Below are positions 1 through 11,849 of a stretch of DNA of 32,000 nt, one piece after another; positions within the stretch are counted from its first letter, which is position 1, and every line of letters starts with the position of its first letter. The notes below the pieces were generated by a model. The model saw nothing but the letters and a program-made list of their open reading frames with translations, was not told the DNA's origin and made no database searches. Source of the DNA: Cognatiluteimonas profundi (GTDB lineage: Bacteria; Pseudomonadota; Gammaproteobacteria; Xanthomonadales; Xanthomonadaceae). Where the stretch lies: the NCBI RefSeq assembly GCF_009792795.1, contig NZ_VKHQ01000003.1, forward strand, positions 517,601 through 549,600. The letters run 5' to 3'. Position numbers and translations under genes: made by a program.

Positions 1-2073
1 GATCATCGCGAACGCATAGTGGTAGAGGTAACCGGACTGGGTCTTGCGCAACAGGCCGGCGGCGATGTCGATGACGCTCGCGCTGCCGTTGACGAACACG
101 CCGTCGATCACCTTTTCGTCGGTGGCGCGCGACAGCCGGCCCAGCAACAGGCCGCCGCCTGCAAATCCGCCGATCCAGAGATCGTCGGCTCCGTATTTCC
201 GCTCCAGGATCCGTACAGGCAGCGCAAACAGCTTGCGCGCCTTGACGTGCAGCTCGGGCTTCCACCAGTACATGACGGTGGCCAGCAGGAATCCCGCCAG
301 CGCCAGCCAGAAGGCCGGCCCCATGAATCCTGCGAGCGCGTACGCAACCGGCCCATGGAACTCCGCGGCGAGCTTGCCCACGACGTCATGCGCAGCCGGC
401 ACATCGATCGATCCGAGGAAGAACGGAAGCTGCTTGTGCTGGCCGAGCACGTCGGTGCCGAACAGCATCGGACCAACCGTCAGGAAGCCGATGACCACCG
501 ACGGGATCGCCAGCAGCACCAGGGGAACCGTCACCACCCACGGCGATTCGTGCGGATCGTGCGCGTGGTCGTCATGGCCATGGCCGTGGTCGGCTTCATG
601 CTCGTGCGCCAGCTCGGCTTCGTGCTCGACCGAGTCCGCCTCCGGCGCGACATATCCCGCTGGTGCGGCGTCGTGCCAGCGTGGCGTGCCGAAGAACGTC
701 AGGTACAACAGCCGGAAGCTGTAGAACGCGGTCACGAACGCACCGAGCAGTACCGCGTAATAGCCGTAGGTCGCGATCCAGTCGTGTGCCTCGTGCGCAT
801 GCTCGGCGGCGGCCTCGATGATCGTGTCCTTGGAATAGAACCCGGCGAAGAACGGCGTGCCGACCAGCGCCAGCGTGCCGACCAGGCTGGTCCAGAACGT
901 GATCGGCATGAACTTGCGAAGCCCGCCCATCTTGCGCATGTCCTGCTCGTGGTGCATGCCGATGATCACCGAGCCCGCGGCCAGGAACAGCAGCGCCTTG
1001 AAGAACGCATGCGTCATCAGGTGGTAGATGGCGGCCGAATAGGCCGACACGCCCAGTGCGACCGTCATGTAGCCAAGCTGCGACAGCGTCGAGTAGGCCA
1101 CCACCCGCTTGATGTCGTTCTGGACCATGCCGATCAGGCCGGTCCAGAAGGCGGTGGTCGCACCGATGAACAACACGAAGTTCAGCGCCGTGTGCGACAG
1201 CTCGAACAGCGGCGACATGCGCGCCACCATGAAGATGCCGGCCGTGACCATGGTCGCGGCATGGATCAGCGCCGAGATCGGGGTCGGGCCCTCCATCGAA
1301 TCCGGCAGCCACACATGCAGCGGCACCTGCGCCGACTTGCCCATGGCACCGATGAACAGGCAGATGCAGATCAGCGTCGGCACCGACCAGTCATGGCCGG
1401 AGAACACCGCGACCGTCGTATGGGCGATCGTGGGTGCGTTGGCGAAGACGGTGCCGTAATCGAGCGAGCCGAACCAGAACAACACGCCGGCGATACCGAG
1501 CAGGAAACCGAAGTCGCCAACGCGATTGACCAGGAACGCCTTGAGGTTGGCGAAGATCGCGCTGGGACGCTTGAACCAGAAGCCGATCAACAGGTAGGAC
1601 ACCAGGCCGACGGCTTCCCAGCCGAAGAACAGCTGCAGGAAGTTGTTGGCCATCACCAGCATCAGCATGGAGAAGGTGAACAGGCTGATGTAACTGAAGA
1701 ATCGCTGGTAGCCCGGGTCATCGGCCATGTATCCGATGGTGTAGATGTGAACCAGCAGCGACACGAACGTCACCACGACCATCATCATCGCGGTCAGGTT
1801 GTCGATCATGAAGCCGACGTTGGCGTGCAGCCCGCCGACCTGGAACCAGGTGTAGACGTTTTCATTGAACGGCTGCGCGCCCTGCACCACCAGCTGCCAC
1901 ATGACCCACGCCGACAGCGCGAAGCTGGTGGCAACGCCAAGGATGGTCACCGACTGCGCGCCAACGCGTCCCAGCGGCTTGCCGAACAGGCCGGCCAGGA
2001 TCGCGCCCAGCAACGGCGCGAGCACGATCGCCAGGAGGACCGCATTCGAGATTTGATGTACGACGCCCGGCAT
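1..2073 (-). CDS. nuoL: NADH-quinone oxidoreductase subunit L (3' end truncated by left window edge)
   Basis: Absent from the ORF track because no stop lies in-window. Own minus-strand translation from ATG at 2073 stays open for all 691 codons to base 1: MPGVVHQISNAVLLAIVLAPLLG...FGWEAVGLVSYLLIGFW...VPLHVWLPDSMEGPTPISALIHAATMVTAGIFMVAR...VVAYSTLSQLGYM...PHESPWVV. These are typical antiporter-like subunit L motifs. The gene starts 3 nt after the nuoK stop. Confidence 0.93.
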   Translation of the reverse strand, partial: MPGVVHQISNAVLLAIVLAPLLGAILAGLFGKPLGRVGAQSVTILGVATSFALSAWVMWQLVVQGAQPFNENVYTWFQVGGLHANVGFMIDNLTAMMMVVVTFVSLLVHIYTIGYMADDPGYQRFFSYISLFTFSMLMLVMANNFLQLFFGWEAVGLVSYLLIGFWFKRPSAIFANLKAFLVNRVGDFGFLLGIAGVLFWFGSLDYGTVFANAPTIAHTTVAVFSGHDWSVPTLICICLFIGAMGKSAQVPLHVWLPDSMEGPTPISALIHAATMVTAGIFMVARMSPLFELSHTALNFVLFIGATTAFWTGLIGMVQNDIKRVVAYSTLSQLGYMTVALGVSAYSAAIYHLMTHAFFKALLFLAAGSVIIGMHHEQDMRKMGGLRKFMPITFWTSLVGTLALVGTPFFAGFYSKDTIIEAAAEHAHEAHDWIATYGYYAVLLGAFVTAFYSFRLLYLTFFGTPRWHDAAPAGYVAPEADSVEHEAELAHEHEADHGHGHDDHAHDPHESPWVVTVPLVLLAIPSVVIGFLTVGPMLFGTDVLGQHKQLPFFLGSIDVPAAHDVVGKLAAEFHGPVAYALAGFMGPAFWLALAGFLLATVMYWWKPELHVKARKLFALPVRILERKYGADDLWIGGFAGGGLLLGRLSRATDEKVIDGVFVNGSASVIDIAAGLLRKTQSGYLYHYAFAMI

Positions 2074-2076
2074 CGG

Positions 2077-2400
2077 TCAGCCCTTCAACGTGTCGATGTC
2101 GGCCACGTCGATCGTGCGCCGGTTGCGGAACAAGGTCACCAGGATGGCCAAGCCGATCGCGGCTTCCGCGGCCGCCACGGTGAGGATGAAGAACACGAAC
2201 ACCTGCCCCGCCGCGTCGCCCATCTGGCGCGAGAACGCGACGAAATTGATGTTGACCGCGAGCAGCATCAGCTCGATGCACATCAGCAATACGATCACGT
2301 TCTTCCGGTTGAGGAAGATGCCGGCAAGGCTGATGCAGAACAACGCCGCGCCCAGGGCGAGGTAATGGCCAAGCGCCAGGCTGGTCATGGCCGTCGTCAT
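2077..2400 (-). CDS. nuoK: NADH-quinone oxidoreductase subunit K
   Basis: Internal start of track ORF 2077..2634: [57 protein letters not shown]..., 107 aa, three TM helices. Its ATG at 2400 overlaps the nuoJ stop (ATGA). The upstream part of the track ORF is a frame artefact. Confidence 0.93.
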   Translation of the reverse strand: MTTAMTSLALGHYLALGAALFCISLAGIFLNRKNVIVLLMCIELMLLAVNINFVAFSRQMGDAAGQVFVFFILTVAAAEAAIGLAILVTLFRNRRTIDVADIDTLKG

Positions 2401-3044
2401 GGTGTTGGCTCCTGCGGATCGGCCGCGGGAGGTATCGGCTGGGCCGATGCCATCTTCACCATCCGCAGGCGATCCCCCGGGCGGACGCGCGACTGCGCCG
2501 CTGGATCCTGGTGCTTCGCGCCGACACGGCGACGCAGCGTCAGCATCACGGCCGCGATGACCGCGATCGTCAGGATCACGGCGGCGACCTCGAAGGGCAG
2601 CAGGAAGTCGGTGAACAGCGAGCGCGCGAGCCATGTGGTGTTGGGCACGTCGCCACCGCCGGTCGCCATGGCGACGTTCTCGCCAAACGGCGTGGAGGTG
2701 CGCGCGCGGATGCCGATCAGCACCAGCATCTCCACGAGCATGGCGACGGCCACGATCAGGCCGACGGGAAGATAGCGGACGTAACCCTCGCGCATCTTCG
2801 CCACGTCGATATCGAGCATCATCACGACGAACAGGAACAGCACCATCACCGCGCCGACGTAGACGAGCACCAGGGCGATGCCCAGGAATTCGGCACCGGC
2901 GAGGATCCAGGTGCAGGCCACCGTGAAGAAGGTGAGCACGAGGAACAGCGCGGCCTGCACCGGGTTGCGAACGCTGATGACGGCGACCGCGGACATCACG
3001 GTGGCCGCGGCGAAGGCATAGAACGCGAGCAATGGGTAATCCAT
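2397..3044 (-). CDS. nuoJ: NADH-quinone oxidoreductase subunit J
   Basis: 215-aa hydrophobic [43 protein letters not shown]...[21 protein letters not shown], in the position between nuoI and nuoK. Confidence 0.93.
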   Translation of the reverse strand: MDYPLLAFYAFAAATVMSAVAVISVRNPVQAALFLVLTFFTVACTWILAGAEFLGIALVLVYVGAVMVLFLFVVMMLDIDVAKMREGYVRYLPVGLIVAVAMLVEMLVLIGIRARTSTPFGENVAMATGGGDVPNTTWLARSLFTDFLLPFEVAAVILTIAVIAAVMLTLRRRVGAKHQDPAAQSRVRPGDRLRMVKMASAQPIPPAADPQEPTP

Positions 3045-3062
3045 CGGGTCCTCGGTGCTGCG

Positions 3063-3551
3063 TCAGCGGTACGGGGAATCGGCGGCACGCCGTTCGGCGA
3101 TATCCGCCTCGAGGCGGTCACCGATGGCGAGCAACTGCGGCTTGGTGACGACGTTCTGGCCACGCTGGTCGAAGTGGTACTCCAGCAGGTGGGTTTCGAC
3201 GATGGAGTCGACCGGGCAGGACTCTTCGCAAAACCCGCAGTAGATGCACTTGAACAGGTCGATGTCGTAACGCGTCGTGCGCCGGGTGCCATCCGCGCGC
3301 TGCTCGGAGTCGATCGTGATCGCCAGCGCCGGGCACACGGCCTCGCACAACTTGCAGGCGATGCAACGCTCTTCGCCATTGGGATAGCGGCGCAGGGCAT
3401 GCAGGCCGCGGAAGCGCACCGACTGCGGGATGCGCTCCATGGGATACATGACCGTGTATTTCGGCTTGAACAGGTATTTGAACGTCAGCCACAGGCCCTG
3501 ACCAAGCTCGATCAGCAGCAGGCTTTTGAAGTAGTGGGTGATTCTGCGCAT
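3063..3551 (-). CDS. nuoI: NADH-quinone oxidoreductase subunit I (2x[4Fe-4S] ferredoxin)
   Basis: 162 aa with two CxxCxxCxxxCP motifs ([12 protein letters not shown] and [12 protein letters not shown]) and operon position. Confidence 0.96.
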   Translation of the reverse strand: MRRITHYFKSLLLIELGQGLWLTFKYLFKPKYTVMYPMERIPQSVRFRGLHALRRYPNGEERCIACKLCEAVCPALAITIDSEQRADGTRRTTRYDIDLFKCIYCGFCEESCPVDSIVETHLLEYHFDQRGQNVVTKPQLLAIGDRLEADIAERRAADSPYR

Positions 3552-3564
3552 CAGATCCTCGCCA

Positions 3565-4632
3565 TCAGCGGCCGGCCTCGAACACGCCGTAGTACGCCAT
3601 CAACGCCGTCGCGAAAATCCAGACGATCGTGATCGGAATGAACACCTTCCAGCCCAGCCGCATGATCTGGTCGTAGCGGTAGCGCGGGAACGTCGCCCGG
3701 AACCAGATGAAGCAGCTGGCGAAGAAGAACACCTTCGGGAACAGCCACCACCAGCCGTCGACGGACGCCACCGGGATGCCCATGCCGTGGAACGGACTGA
3801 GCCATCCGCCGAGGAAGAAGATCGAGGCCAGGAAGCTGACCAGGATCATGTTGGCGTATTCGGCCAGGAAGAACAGCGCGAACTGCGAACCCGAATACTC
3901 CACCATGTGGCCGGCGACGATTTCGGACTCACCCTCGACGACGTCGAAGGGCGCGCGATTGGTCTCGGCCACGCCGGACACGAAGTACACCACCAGCAAT
4001 GGCAGCAGCGGGAGCCAGAACCACTCGAACAGCCCGGCGTTGCCCGCCTGCGCCATCACGATGTCGGTGAGGTTGAGGCTGCCGGCCGCGATCAGCACGC
4101 CGACCATGGCGAAGCCCATGGCGATTTCGTAGCTGACGACCTGCGCGGCGGCGCGCATCGCGCCCAGGAACGCGTATTTCGAATTGGATGCCCAGCCCGC
4201 GATGATGATCCCGTAGACGCCCAGCGACGTCATCGCCAGCAGGTACAACAGGCCCGCATTGGCGTTGGACAACACGATCTTCGCGTCGAACGGCACCACC
4301 GCCCACGCGGCGAACGCGGGAACCAGCGTGATCAGCGGCGCCAGTACGTACAGGACGGGCTGCGCCTTCGCCGGCTGGATGACTTCCTTGAACAGCAGCT
4401 TGAAGACATCGGCGAATGCCTGGAGGATTCCCCGCCCCACGTACATCGGTCCGTGGCGGACATGCATCCAGCCAATCAGCTTGCGTTCCCAGACGACATA
4501 GAAGGCGACGGTGATGATCACCGGCATGGCGATCGCCAGGACCTTCAGCACGATCCAGACCAGCAGGCCCGCGGCGCCGAAAGACAGCAGCCAGTCGCGG
4601 AAGGGGTCGAACAGCGGCGCGATCTGCATCAT
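3565..4632 (-). CDS. nuoH: NADH-quinone oxidoreductase subunit H
   Basis: Track ORF 3565..5409 carries an artefactual Arg/Ala-rich N-terminal extension. The real start is ATGATG at 4632, overlapping the nuoG TGA. Product: [16 protein letters not shown]...[21 protein letters not shown]...[28 protein letters not shown]..., 355 aa. Confidence 0.94.
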   Translation of the reverse strand: MMQIAPLFDPFRDWLLSFGAAGLLVWIVLKVLAIAMPVIITVAFYVVWERKLIGWMHVRHGPMYVGRGILQAFADVFKLLFKEVIQPAKAQPVLYVLAPLITLVPAFAAWAVVPFDAKIVLSNANAGLLYLLAMTSLGVYGIIIAGWASNSKYAFLGAMRAAAQVVSYEIAMGFAMVGVLIAAGSLNLTDIVMAQAGNAGLFEWFWLPLLPLLVVYFVSGVAETNRAPFDVVEGESEIVAGHMVEYSGSQFALFFLAEYANMILVSFLASIFFLGGWLSPFHGMGIPVASVDGWWWLFPKVFFFASCFIWFRATFPRYRYDQIMRLGWKVFIPITIVWIFATALMAYYGVFEAGR

Positions 4633-6845
4633 GCGCTTTCGACCTCCACGCGCGCGGACGACAGGGCGGCCGTGGCGCCATAACCCGACTCGACCCACAC
4701 ACAGCCTTCCGCGACCTTGTCGGTGATGGCGACGGGCAAGGTTGCCGTGCCGTTGTCGTTGCGGATCTTCGCAACGGCGCCGTCGGTGATGCCGGCCTGC
4801 CGGGCAGTGTCGGGATGCATGACCGCGCGTGCGCCGAGCGTCAGTGGATGCGCCTGCAATGCCGCGGCACGACGCACGACGCCGTCGGTGCGATAAATGG
4901 CCTGCGACACGGCGACCTCGAGCCCCTTGCCGGCCGGCGCCGGCAATGCATGCCTGGCGACCGACACCTCGCGCGGCTGCAGACTGTCGCGCAGTCCCGG
5001 CAAATCCGTGAACGTGAAGCCGGCCGCGTCGAGCATGCCGCCAAGTGCGCGCAGCACGCGCCAACCCGGTTGCGCCTGGCCGGGCAGCTTGCCGCCGGCA
5101 ACCGCTCGTTGCTCGTGGCCTTCGAGGTTGGTCAGCGTCGCGTCGATCTCCGGCAACAGGCCGATCGGCAGGATCACGTCCGCCACCGCACGCGTCGAGG
5201 CGCAGGCGAAATGGCTGAAAGCGACAACCTGCGCACTGGCGAGCGCCTGCATGGCCTGGCCCTGCTCGGCGAAATCGAGGCCTGGCTCGACGCCATACAG
5301 CACGTAGGCGCTGCGACCTTCGCGCAGCATCTGCCGCGCATCGCGCGAAGCCGGAAGCACGCCGGCGCGCGTCAGACCGATTGCGTTGGCACCTTGCGGA
5401 ATGCGGCACAACGCCGCGCCCTTGCCTGCTGCGAATCGGGTCGCGGCGGCACGGATCGCGCTTGCGTGCGGGCCAGCCTCGGCGACCGCACCAATCAGGA
5501 TCACCGCATTGCTGGCTTCGCCGAGGTCGACCCTGGCCAGCGCGTCGGCCATCTGCGACGGCGGCACGATCTGCTTGCTGGCGATGTCGAAGGTGAAGTC
5601 GAAATCAATCGGGCTGACGACGTGGACCTTCGCCCCCGACTGCACGGCCTTGCGCACGCGCGCATGCAGCAGCGGCAATTCAAAACGCAGCTGCGAACCG
5701 ACGATGACGATGGCATCGGCCTTGCCGATGTCGGCCAGCGATCGGGCGAAGGGTTCGGCGACCGCGCCGTCGGATAGGTCGAGTTGCGAGATGCGGTGGT
5801 CGATGTTTCCGGTGCCCAGCGCCTCCGCGAGGCGGGCCAGCAATGCGCCCTCCTCGTTCGAGGTCGATGGATGCACCAGGATGCCCAGCTCGTCGGCGCC
5901 GTTGTCGCGCAGGATCTGCGCCGCGCGCGCGAACGCCTCGTCCCACGTCGCCGGCCGCCACTCACCGCCATCCTTGATCAACGGCTGCGTCGCGCGGTCC
6001 TCCGCATACAGGCCCTGGTGCGAGTAACGATCGCGGTCCGACAGCCAGCACTCGTTGACCGCTTCGTTGTCGCGCGGGACGGTGCGCAGGATGTCGCCGC
6101 GGCGCGCATGCAGGAACAGGTTGCTGCCCATCGCGTCGTGGTAACCGAGCGACTCGCGGGCGATCAGCTCCCAGGGGCGTGCGCGGAACCGGAACACCTT
6201 GTTCGTCAACGCGCCAACGGGACAGACGTCGATGACGTTGCCCGACAGCTCGGTCGACAGCGGCTTGCCGTCGTAGGTGCCGATCTGCAGGTTTTCACCG
6301 CGCAGCATGCCGCCGAGTTCGTAGGTACCGGCGATCTCCGCGGTGAAGCGGACGCAACGCGTGCACTGGATGCAACGTGTCATGTCGGTGGCGACCAGCG
6401 GACCGAGGTCCTCGTCGGCGACGACGCGCTTGCGTTCGCTGAAACGGCTGACCGAGCGGCCATAGCCGAGTGAGAGATCCTGCAACTCGCACTCGCCACC
6501 CTGGTCGCAGATCGGGCAGTCGAGCGGATGGTTGATCAGCAGGAACTCCATCACGTTGCGCTGCGCCTTGAGCGCCTTGTCGCTGCGCGTGCGGACCTGC
6601 ATGCCTTCCATGACCGGCGTGGCACAGGCCGGAGCCGGCTTGCCCATCTTCTCGACGTCGACCAGGCACATGCGGCAATTCGCGGCGATCGCGAGCTTGT
6701 CGTGGTAGCAGAAGCGCGGAATCGGGATGCCGGCCTTGTCGGCGGCATGGATGATCATCGAGCCCTTCGGCGCGGTCATCGACACGCCATCGATCTCGAT
6801 GGAGACATGGTCTGGCGGCGTCGGCGTCACCGGTTGCGCGCTCAT
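4629..6845 (-). CDS. nuoG: NADH-quinone oxidoreductase subunit G (75-kDa Fe-S subunit)
   Basis: 738 aa. N-terminal 2Fe-2S and 4Fe-4S cysteine clusters ([47 protein letters not shown]) are followed by a molybdopterin-oxidoreductase-like domain. Confidence 0.96.
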   Translation of the reverse strand: MSAQPVTPTPPDHVSIEIDGVSMTAPKGSMIIHAADKAGIPIPRFCYHDKLAIAANCRMCLVDVEKMGKPAPACATPVMEGMQVRTRSDKALKAQRNVMEFLLINHPLDCPICDQGGECELQDLSLGYGRSVSRFSERKRVVADEDLGPLVATDMTRCIQCTRCVRFTAEIAGTYELGGMLRGENLQIGTYDGKPLSTELSGNVIDVCPVGALTNKVFRFRARPWELIARESLGYHDAMGSNLFLHARRGDILRTVPRDNEAVNECWLSDRDRYSHQGLYAEDRATQPLIKDGGEWRPATWDEAFARAAQILRDNGADELGILVHPSTSNEEGALLARLAEALGTGNIDHRISQLDLSDGAVAEPFARSLADIGKADAIVIVGSQLRFELPLLHARVRKAVQSGAKVHVVSPIDFDFTFDIASKQIVPPSQMADALARVDLGEASNAVILIGAVAEAGPHASAIRAAATRFAAGKGAALCRIPQGANAIGLTRAGVLPASRDARQMLREGRSAYVLYGVEPGLDFAEQGQAMQALASAQVVAFSHFACASTRAVADVILPIGLLPEIDATLTNLEGHEQRAVAGGKLPGQAQPGWRVLRALGGMLDAAGFTFTDLPGLRDSLQPREVSVARHALPAPAGKGLEVAVSQAIYRTDGVVRRAAALQAHPLTLGARAVMHPDTARQAGITDGAVAKIRNDNGTATLPVAITDKVAEGCVWVESGYGATAALSSARVEVESA

Positions 6846-8206
6846 GCGGCCACCTGCTCGATGACGTTGCCTGCGCGCTGGTCATCGACCAGGAATCGCC
6901 GGTTGACGATCGCGTACTCGAATTCGTTCCAGTAATGACGCAGGAAGCCCTGGACCGGCCACGCTGCCGCCTCGCCGAATGCGCAGATCGTGTGGCCTTC
7001 GATCTGGCCAGCCGCGGCTTTCAGCATCTGCAGGTCGTCCAGCGACGCCTGGCCATCGACGATGCGCGTGAGCATGCGATACATCCAGCCGGTGCCTTCG
7101 CGGCAAGGGGTGCACTGCCCGCAGGACTCGGCGTAGTAGAAGCGTGCGATGCGCTGGCAGGCGCGGACCATGCAGGTGGTTTCGTCCATGACGATGACAG
7201 CGCCGGAGCCAAGACCCGAGCCGGCCTTCTGCAACGCGTCGTAATCCATGGTCAGGCCCATCATCGTGTCGCCCGGCAGCACCGGCATCGACGACCCGCC
7301 GGGGATCACGGCCTTGAGCTTGTGTCCGTTGCGCACGCCACCGGCGAACTGCAGCAGGTCCGCGAAGCTCGTACCGAGCCGTACCTCGTAATTGCCCGGC
7401 CTGGCGACGTGGCCCGATACCGAGAACACCTTGGGTCCGCCATTGTTGGGTTTGCCCAGGTTGAGGAACCACTCCGGTCCGTTGCGCACGATGGCCGGAA
7501 CCGATGCGTAGGTTTCGGTGTTGTTGATCGTCGTCGGCTTTCCGTAGAGGCCGAAGTTCGCGGGGAACGGCGGCTTGTAACGCGGCTGGCCCTTCTTGCC
7601 CTCCAGCGATTCCATCATCGCGGTCTCTTCGCCGCAGATGTAGGCGCCCGCACCGAGCACGTTGTGGATGTCGATGTCGATGCCGCTGCCAAGGATGTCC
7701 TTGCCCAGCCAGCCGTTCTTGTAAGCCTCGGCCGTCGCCTCTTCCAGGTGCTCGAATGGCTCGTGGTGGAACTCGCCGCGCAGGTAGTTGTAGGCGACGC
7801 TGCTTCCGGTCGCATAGCAGGCGATCGCCATGCCCTCGAGGACGGCGTGCGGATTGAACCGCAGGATGTCGCGGTCCTTGGCGGTGCCGGGCTCGGACTC
7901 GTCCGAGTTGCAGAGGATGTACTTGGTGCCCGCGCCCTTGGGCATGAAGCTCCATTTCAGGCCGGTCGGGAACCCTGCCCCGCCGCGGCCACGCAGTCCC
8001 GACTGCTTGACCATGTCGACGACCGCCGACGGCTCGATCTTCTGCTCGAGGATCCTGCGCAGCGCGCTGTAACCACCGGTCTTCAGGTAGTTCTCGTACG
8101 ACCACGGCTTGTCGAAATGCAGCGTCGTGTAGACGACGTTGTGTTCCTGCGGGGCCGGACCGACCGGGCCAGCGCCGCCTGCCGGATGCGTGTGTTCGTG
8201 CGCCAT
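6842..8206 (-). CDS. nuoF: NADH-quinone oxidoreductase subunit F (NADH/FMN-binding)
   Basis: 454 aa with [18 protein letters not shown] (FMN site), [14 protein letters not shown] and [12 protein letters not shown] (4Fe-4S). Overlaps the nuoG start by 4 nt. Confidence 0.96.
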   Translation of the reverse strand: MAHEHTHPAGGAGPVGPAPQEHNVVYTTLHFDKPWSYENYLKTGGYSALRRILEQKIEPSAVVDMVKQSGLRGRGGAGFPTGLKWSFMPKGAGTKYILCNSDESEPGTAKDRDILRFNPHAVLEGMAIACYATGSSVAYNYLRGEFHHEPFEHLEEATAEAYKNGWLGKDILGSGIDIDIHNVLGAGAYICGEETAMMESLEGKKGQPRYKPPFPANFGLYGKPTTINNTETYASVPAIVRNGPEWFLNLGKPNNGGPKVFSVSGHVARPGNYEVRLGTSFADLLQFAGGVRNGHKLKAVIPGGSSMPVLPGDTMMGLTMDYDALQKAGSGLGSGAVIVMDETTCMVRACQRIARFYYAESCGQCTPCREGTGWMYRMLTRIVDGQASLDDLQMLKAAAGQIEGHTICAFGEAAAWPVQGFLRHYWNEFEYAIVNRRFLVDDQRAGNVIEQVAA

Positions 8207-8215
8207 GCCTGCTGC

Positions 8216-8743
8216 CTACTTCAAGCCGTCGAGCAACTCGTCGACCTTGTCGGTGTCGAGTTTCTCGTGGTAGTGACCATTGATGACCATCATCGGCGCG
8301 CCGCAGCACGCCGCGAGGCATTCTTCTTCGGGCTTGAGGAAGATGCGGCCGTCGGCGGTGGACTCGCCGAGCTTGCAGCCGAGCTTCTTCTCCGCATGCG
8401 CGACCAGCGCCTCGGCGCCGTTGAGCCAGCAGCTGATGTTGGTGCAGAAGGCGACGTTGTTGCGACCTACCGGATGGGTCTCGAACATCGAATAGAAGGT
8501 CGCGACTTCGTAGGCCCACACCGGCGGAATGCCCAGGTACTTCGCGACGGCGGCGATGAGTTCATCGCTCAGCCAACCACCGTTCTGCTCCTGCGCGGCG
8601 TGGAGTGCCTGCAGGACCGCCGAACGCTTGCGGTCGGGCGGGAATTTCGCGGTCCAGTGGTCGATATGCGCGCGCGTGGCATCCGTCAACGCGACCAGCG
8701 GATCGACATTGCGCGCTGCTTCGAAGTTTCCCGTTGCCTTCAT
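8216..8743 (-). CDS. nuoE: NADH-quinone oxidoreductase subunit E (2Fe-2S)
   Basis: 175 aa with thioredoxin-like 2Fe-2S subunit motifs ([10 protein letters not shown] ... [15 protein letters not shown]). ATGA overlap with the nuoD stop. Confidence 0.94.
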   Translation of the reverse strand: MKATGNFEAARNVDPLVALTDATRAHIDHWTAKFPPDRKRSAVLQALHAAQEQNGGWLSDELIAAVAKYLGIPPVWAYEVATFYSMFETHPVGRNNVAFCTNISCWLNGAEALVAHAEKKLGCKLGESTADGRIFLKPEEECLAACCGAPMMVINGHYHEKLDTDKVDELLDGLK

Positions 8744-10050
8744 CGATCGATCTCGCCAAAGACCACGTCATAGGTACCGATCATCGCCACCACGTCGGCC
8801 AGCATGTGGCCTTTCACCACTTCGTCCATCGACGACAGGTGGGCGAAACCCGGGGCGCGCACATGCATGCGGAACGGCTTGTTGGCGCCGTCGGACACGA
8901 GATAGCAGCCAAGCTCGCCCTTCGGCGCCTCGACCGCGCAGTAGGTCTCCCCGGCCGGCACGCAATAGCCTTCGCTGAACAGCTTGAAGTGGTGGATCAA
9001 GGCTTCCATGTCGTCCTTCATTTCCGCGCGCGACGGCGGCGCGACCTTGAAGTTGTCGAGCATCACCGGACCCGGGTTCGCCTTCAGCCACGCGACGCAC
9101 TGCTGGATGATGCTGGCCGACTGGCGCATCTCGGCGACACGCACCAGGTAGCGGTCGTAGCAGTCGCCATTCGTACCGACCGGGATGTCGAACGCGACCT
9201 CGGCGTACTTGGCGTAGGGCTGCTTCCTGCGCAGGTCCCATTCGACGCCCGAACCACGCAGCATCGGGCCGGTCATGCCCCAGGCGAGCGCGAGATCCGG
9301 CGGGATCACGCCGATGCCGACGGTGCGCTGCTTCCAGATGCGATTGTCCGTGAGCAGCGTCTCGTACTCGTCCACGCGCTTGGGGAAGTCGAGAGCGAAT
9401 GCGTGCAGGTAATCGAGCATCGAACCATCGCGCCACTCGTTGAAACGCTTGAGCTTCTCGCCCTTGCGCCACGGGGACTCGCGATAACGCGACATGGTTT
9501 CGGGAAGATCGCGGTACACGCCGCCGGGGCGGTAATACGTGGCGTGCATGCGTGCGCCGCTCACGGCCTCGTACACGTCCATGAGCTCTTCGCGCTCACG
9601 GAAGGCGTAGAGGAAGACGGCCATGGCGCCGAGGTCGAGCGCGCTCGATCCGATCCACATCAGGTGGTTCAGGATGCGCGTGATCTCGTCGAACATCGTG
9701 CGGATCCACTGCGCCCTCGCCGGCGGCTCGATCCCCATCAGGGTTTCGATGGCACGCACGTAGACGTGCTCGTTGCACATCGGCGAGACGTAATCCAGGC
9801 GATCCATGTAGCCGATCGACTGGTTGAACGGCTTGGACTCAGCGAGCTTCTCGGTGCCCCGGTGCAGCAATCCGATATGCGGATCGGCGCGCTGGACGAC
9901 TTCGCCGTCCATTTCCAGGATCAGGCGCAACACGCCGTGGGCCGCCGGATGCTGCGGTCCGAAATTGAGCGTGTAGTTGCGGATTTCCTTGTGCAGTTCG
10001 GCCGAATTGCTGGCGAAGCCGAGGCTGGCTGGCTGGATGACCGTGCTCAC
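8740..10050 (-). CDS. nuoD: NADH-quinone oxidoreductase subunit D (49-kDa)
   Basis: 436 aa with [24 protein letters not shown]...[12 protein letters not shown] and a C-terminal VVFGEIDR. Separate from nuoC, not a fused CD subunit. Confidence 0.96.
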   Translation of the reverse strand: MSTVIQPASLGFASNSAELHKEIRNYTLNFGPQHPAAHGVLRLILEMDGEVVQRADPHIGLLHRGTEKLAESKPFNQSIGYMDRLDYVSPMCNEHVYVRAIETLMGIEPPARAQWIRTMFDEITRILNHLMWIGSSALDLGAMAVFLYAFREREELMDVYEAVSGARMHATYYRPGGVYRDLPETMSRYRESPWRKGEKLKRFNEWRDGSMLDYLHAFALDFPKRVDEYETLLTDNRIWKQRTVGIGVIPPDLALAWGMTGPMLRGSGVEWDLRRKQPYAKYAEVAFDIPVGTNGDCYDRYLVRVAEMRQSASIIQQCVAWLKANPGPVMLDNFKVAPPSRAEMKDDMEALIHHFKLFSEGYCVPAGETYCAVEAPKGELGCYLVSDGANKPFRMHVRAPGFAHLSSMDEVVKGHMLADVVAMIGTYDVVFGEIDR

Positions 10051-10886
10051 CTGGTGGCCCCCGCCGGCGTGGGCGTCGGCCCGGTGGACGGAAGCGCCGC
10101 GTCGGCGGGTCCCAGCGTGCTGGCGATTTTCAGGTCGTGGTCCTCACCCGCAGCGGTCGCATAGCGGGCGTCGTCGCGGATCACGCGCGGTACCAGGACG
10201 CGCGGCTCGACCGAGGTGACCGGCTCATAGATGACGCGCTGGCGCTCGGGGTCGTAGCGCACCTCGACGTTGCCGATCAAGGGGAAGTCCTTGCGGAATG
10301 GATGGCCGACGAATCCGTAATCCGTGAGGATCCGGCGCAGGTCAGGGTGGCCGCTGAAGATGATGCCGAACATGTCGAATGCTTCGCGCTCGAACCAGTT
10401 CGCCACCGGCCACAGGTCGGTCACCGAGGGGATCACGGGAAGCGAATCATCCGGCGCGAAGCAGCGCATGCGCAGGCGCTGGTTGTGGCGAACCGACAGC
10501 AGCTGCAGCACCGCGGCGAAGCGGCGCTCGGGCACCAGCGTGTCGATCGTGCCTTGCGGCTCCGCGGACTGTTCGCGCAGCACGTCGCCGTAGCGCAGGC
10601 GGCCGGTGCTCCGGCCCTCGACGCCACGGGAAAATCCTTCCGACGAGACATCGGTGTCCCACTCGTCGCTGCCATGGCCGAGGTAGTCCATCCCGGCGAC
10701 ATCGATCAACTGCTCGAAGCCGAAATCGTCGCGCAGCTGGCGGCAGGTGTCGTGCCACGCATCGGCTTCGACCACCATGCCGACTTCGCCACGGGGCTCG
10801 TCGACGCGGACGACGGCATCGGCGAATCGCTGGCGCAGGCGCGTCGCGAAGGCGGAAGCCGATTCCCTCGGCAGATCGGGCGTCAT
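10047..10886 (-). CDS. nuoC: NADH-quinone oxidoreductase subunit C (30-kDa)
   Basis: 279 aa with [46 protein letters not shown] overlaps at both ends (nuoB stop, nuoD start). Confidence 0.94.
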   Translation of the reverse strand: MTPDLPRESASAFATRLRQRFADAVVRVDEPRGEVGMVVEADAWHDTCRQLRDDFGFEQLIDVAGMDYLGHGSDEWDTDVSSEGFSRGVEGRSTGRLRYGDVLREQSAEPQGTIDTLVPERRFAAVLQLLSVRHNQRLRMRCFAPDDSLPVIPSVTDLWPVANWFEREAFDMFGIIFSGHPDLRRILTDYGFVGHPFRKDFPLIGNVEVRYDPERQRVIYEPVTSVEPRVLVPRVIRDDARYATAAGEDHDLKIASTLGPADAALPSTGPTPTPAGATR

Positions 10887-11458
10887 TCGCGCAGTCCCGT
10901 CTTGACGGCGCCGAAGTTGGTCGCGCGGCGGATCTTCTTCTGCAACTGCAGGATGCCGTAGGTCAGCGCTTCAGCGGTCGGCGGGCAGCCGGGCACGTAG
11001 ATGTCGACCGGCACGATGCGATCGCAACCGCGCACGACCGCGTACGAATAGTGGTAGTAGCCGCCGCCGTTGGCGCAGCTGCCCATCGAGATGACCCATT
11101 TGGGGTCGGGCATCTGGTCATAGACCTTGCGCAAGGCCGGCGCCATCTTGTTGACCAGCGTGCCGGCGACGATCATCACGTCCGACTGTCGCGGCGATGG
11201 ACGAAAGACCACGCCGAAGCGGTCCAGGTCCAGGCGCGCGGCGCCGGCATGCATCATCTCGACCGCGCAGCACGCCAGGCCGAAGGTCATCGGCCACATC
11301 GAGCCGGTGCGCGCCCAGTTCAGCAGCGCATCGGAACTGGTGGTGACGAAGCCACGCTCGAGCAGCGGGTTTCCGCTGTCCGGGATGAGGATGTCATCGA
11401 CCCGGCCTTCCGGCAGCGGGTTGTTCATCAACCCATCGATCGTCTGCCTCACTCCCAT
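10883..11458 (-). CDS. nuoB: NADH-quinone oxidoreductase subunit B (20-kDa, N2 cluster)
   Basis: Internal start of track ORF 10883..11869: [18 protein letters not shown]...[18 protein letters not shown]...[16 protein letters not shown]...VPGCPP, 191 aa. ATG at 11458 overlaps the nuoA 3' end by 10 nt. The upstream extension of the track ORF is out-of-frame nuoA sequence. Confidence 0.93.
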   Translation of the reverse strand: MGVRQTIDGLMNNPLPEGRVDDILIPDSGNPLLERGFVTTSSDALLNWARTGSMWPMTFGLACCAVEMMHAGAARLDLDRFGVVFRPSPRQSDVMIVAGTLVNKMAPALRKVYDQMPDPKWVISMGSCANGGGYYHYSYAVVRGCDRIVPVDIYVPGCPPTAEALTYGILQLQKKIRRATNFGAVKTGLRE

Positions 11459-11805
11459 TCCAGCGCTCCCTTCTTCCAGACGTAGGCGAAGCCGATGACC
11501 AGCAACGCCAGGAACACGCCCATCTCCACCAGCCCGAACACGCCGAGTTCGCGGAACACGAGTGCCCAGGGAAACACGAAGGCGATCTCGAGGTCGAAGA
11601 CGATGAACAGGATGGCGATCAGGTAATAGCGCACGTCGAACTGCATGTGCGCGTCCTCGAACGCGGGAAACCCGCATTCGTAGGGCGACAGCTTCTCGGC
11701 CGTCGGGCGCTTGGGGCCGAGGACATTGCCGATGACGATCAGTGCCACACCGATTCCGGTGGCCACCATCAGGAACAGCAAGGTCGGCAGGTATTCGGCC
11801 AGCAC
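11449..11805 (-). CDS. nuoA: NADH-quinone oxidoreductase subunit A
   Basis: 118 aa, GTG start at 11805 preceded by GAGAGGA. Sequence [26 protein letters not shown]...[41 protein letters not shown]. First gene of the operon. Confidence 0.92.
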   Translation of the reverse strand: MLAEYLPTLLFLMVATGIGVALIVIGNVLGPKRPTAEKLSPYECGFPAFEDAHMQFDVRYYLIAILFIVFDLEIAFVFPWALVFRELGVFGLVEMGVFLALLVIGFAYVWKKGALEWE

Positions 11806-11829
11806 GCGCGTCCTCTCGATTGGCTGCAG

Positions 11830-11849
11830 CGCCCGCGTTGCCGCGGGCG
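11830..11849 (-). terminator. GC-rich stem-loop in the 55-nt segment between the tRNA remnant and nuoA. It may be the native hairpin that followed tRNA-Leu.
   Basis: Plus strand reads cgcccgcg-ttgc-cgcgggcg: a perfect 8-bp stem with a 4-nt loop. No U tract follows it on the minus strand, so its role as terminator versus leader structure is unresolved. Confidence 0.3.

Noticed and set aside
19-2775. 918-aa plus-strand ORF, the longest in the track, plus similar long plus-strand ORFs at 3538..4683, 6935..8773, 8605..10164, 22354..23760, 25325..26641 and 27818..29926.
   Set aside because: All lie antisense to well-supported minus-strand genes (nuoL/K/J, nuoH, nuoF, nuoD, glmM, trpB, fimV). Their products are Arg/His/Asp/Gly/Gln-rich with no motifs. 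These are the classic shadow ORFs of high-GC DNA, where stop codons are rare.
4633-5409. N-terminal extensions that make nuoH (614 aa), glmM (587 aa), trpA (560 aa), nuoB (328 aa) and nuoK (185 aa) look much longer in the ORF track.
   Set aside because: The extensions run through the upstream gene in another frame and are Arg/Ala-rich junk. Conserved N termini begin at internal ATGs that overlap or abut the upstream stop codon.
6882-8519. 545-aa minus-strand ORF in an alternative frame over nuoF and nuoE. Similar same-strand alternate-frame ORFs occur at 27355..28329, 24562..25473 and 28747..29541.
   Set aside because: The overlapping frames carrying unmistakable NuoF, TruA, TrpA and FimV motifs are the real genes. 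The alternate-frame products are Arg/Pro/Gly-rich low-complexity sequence.
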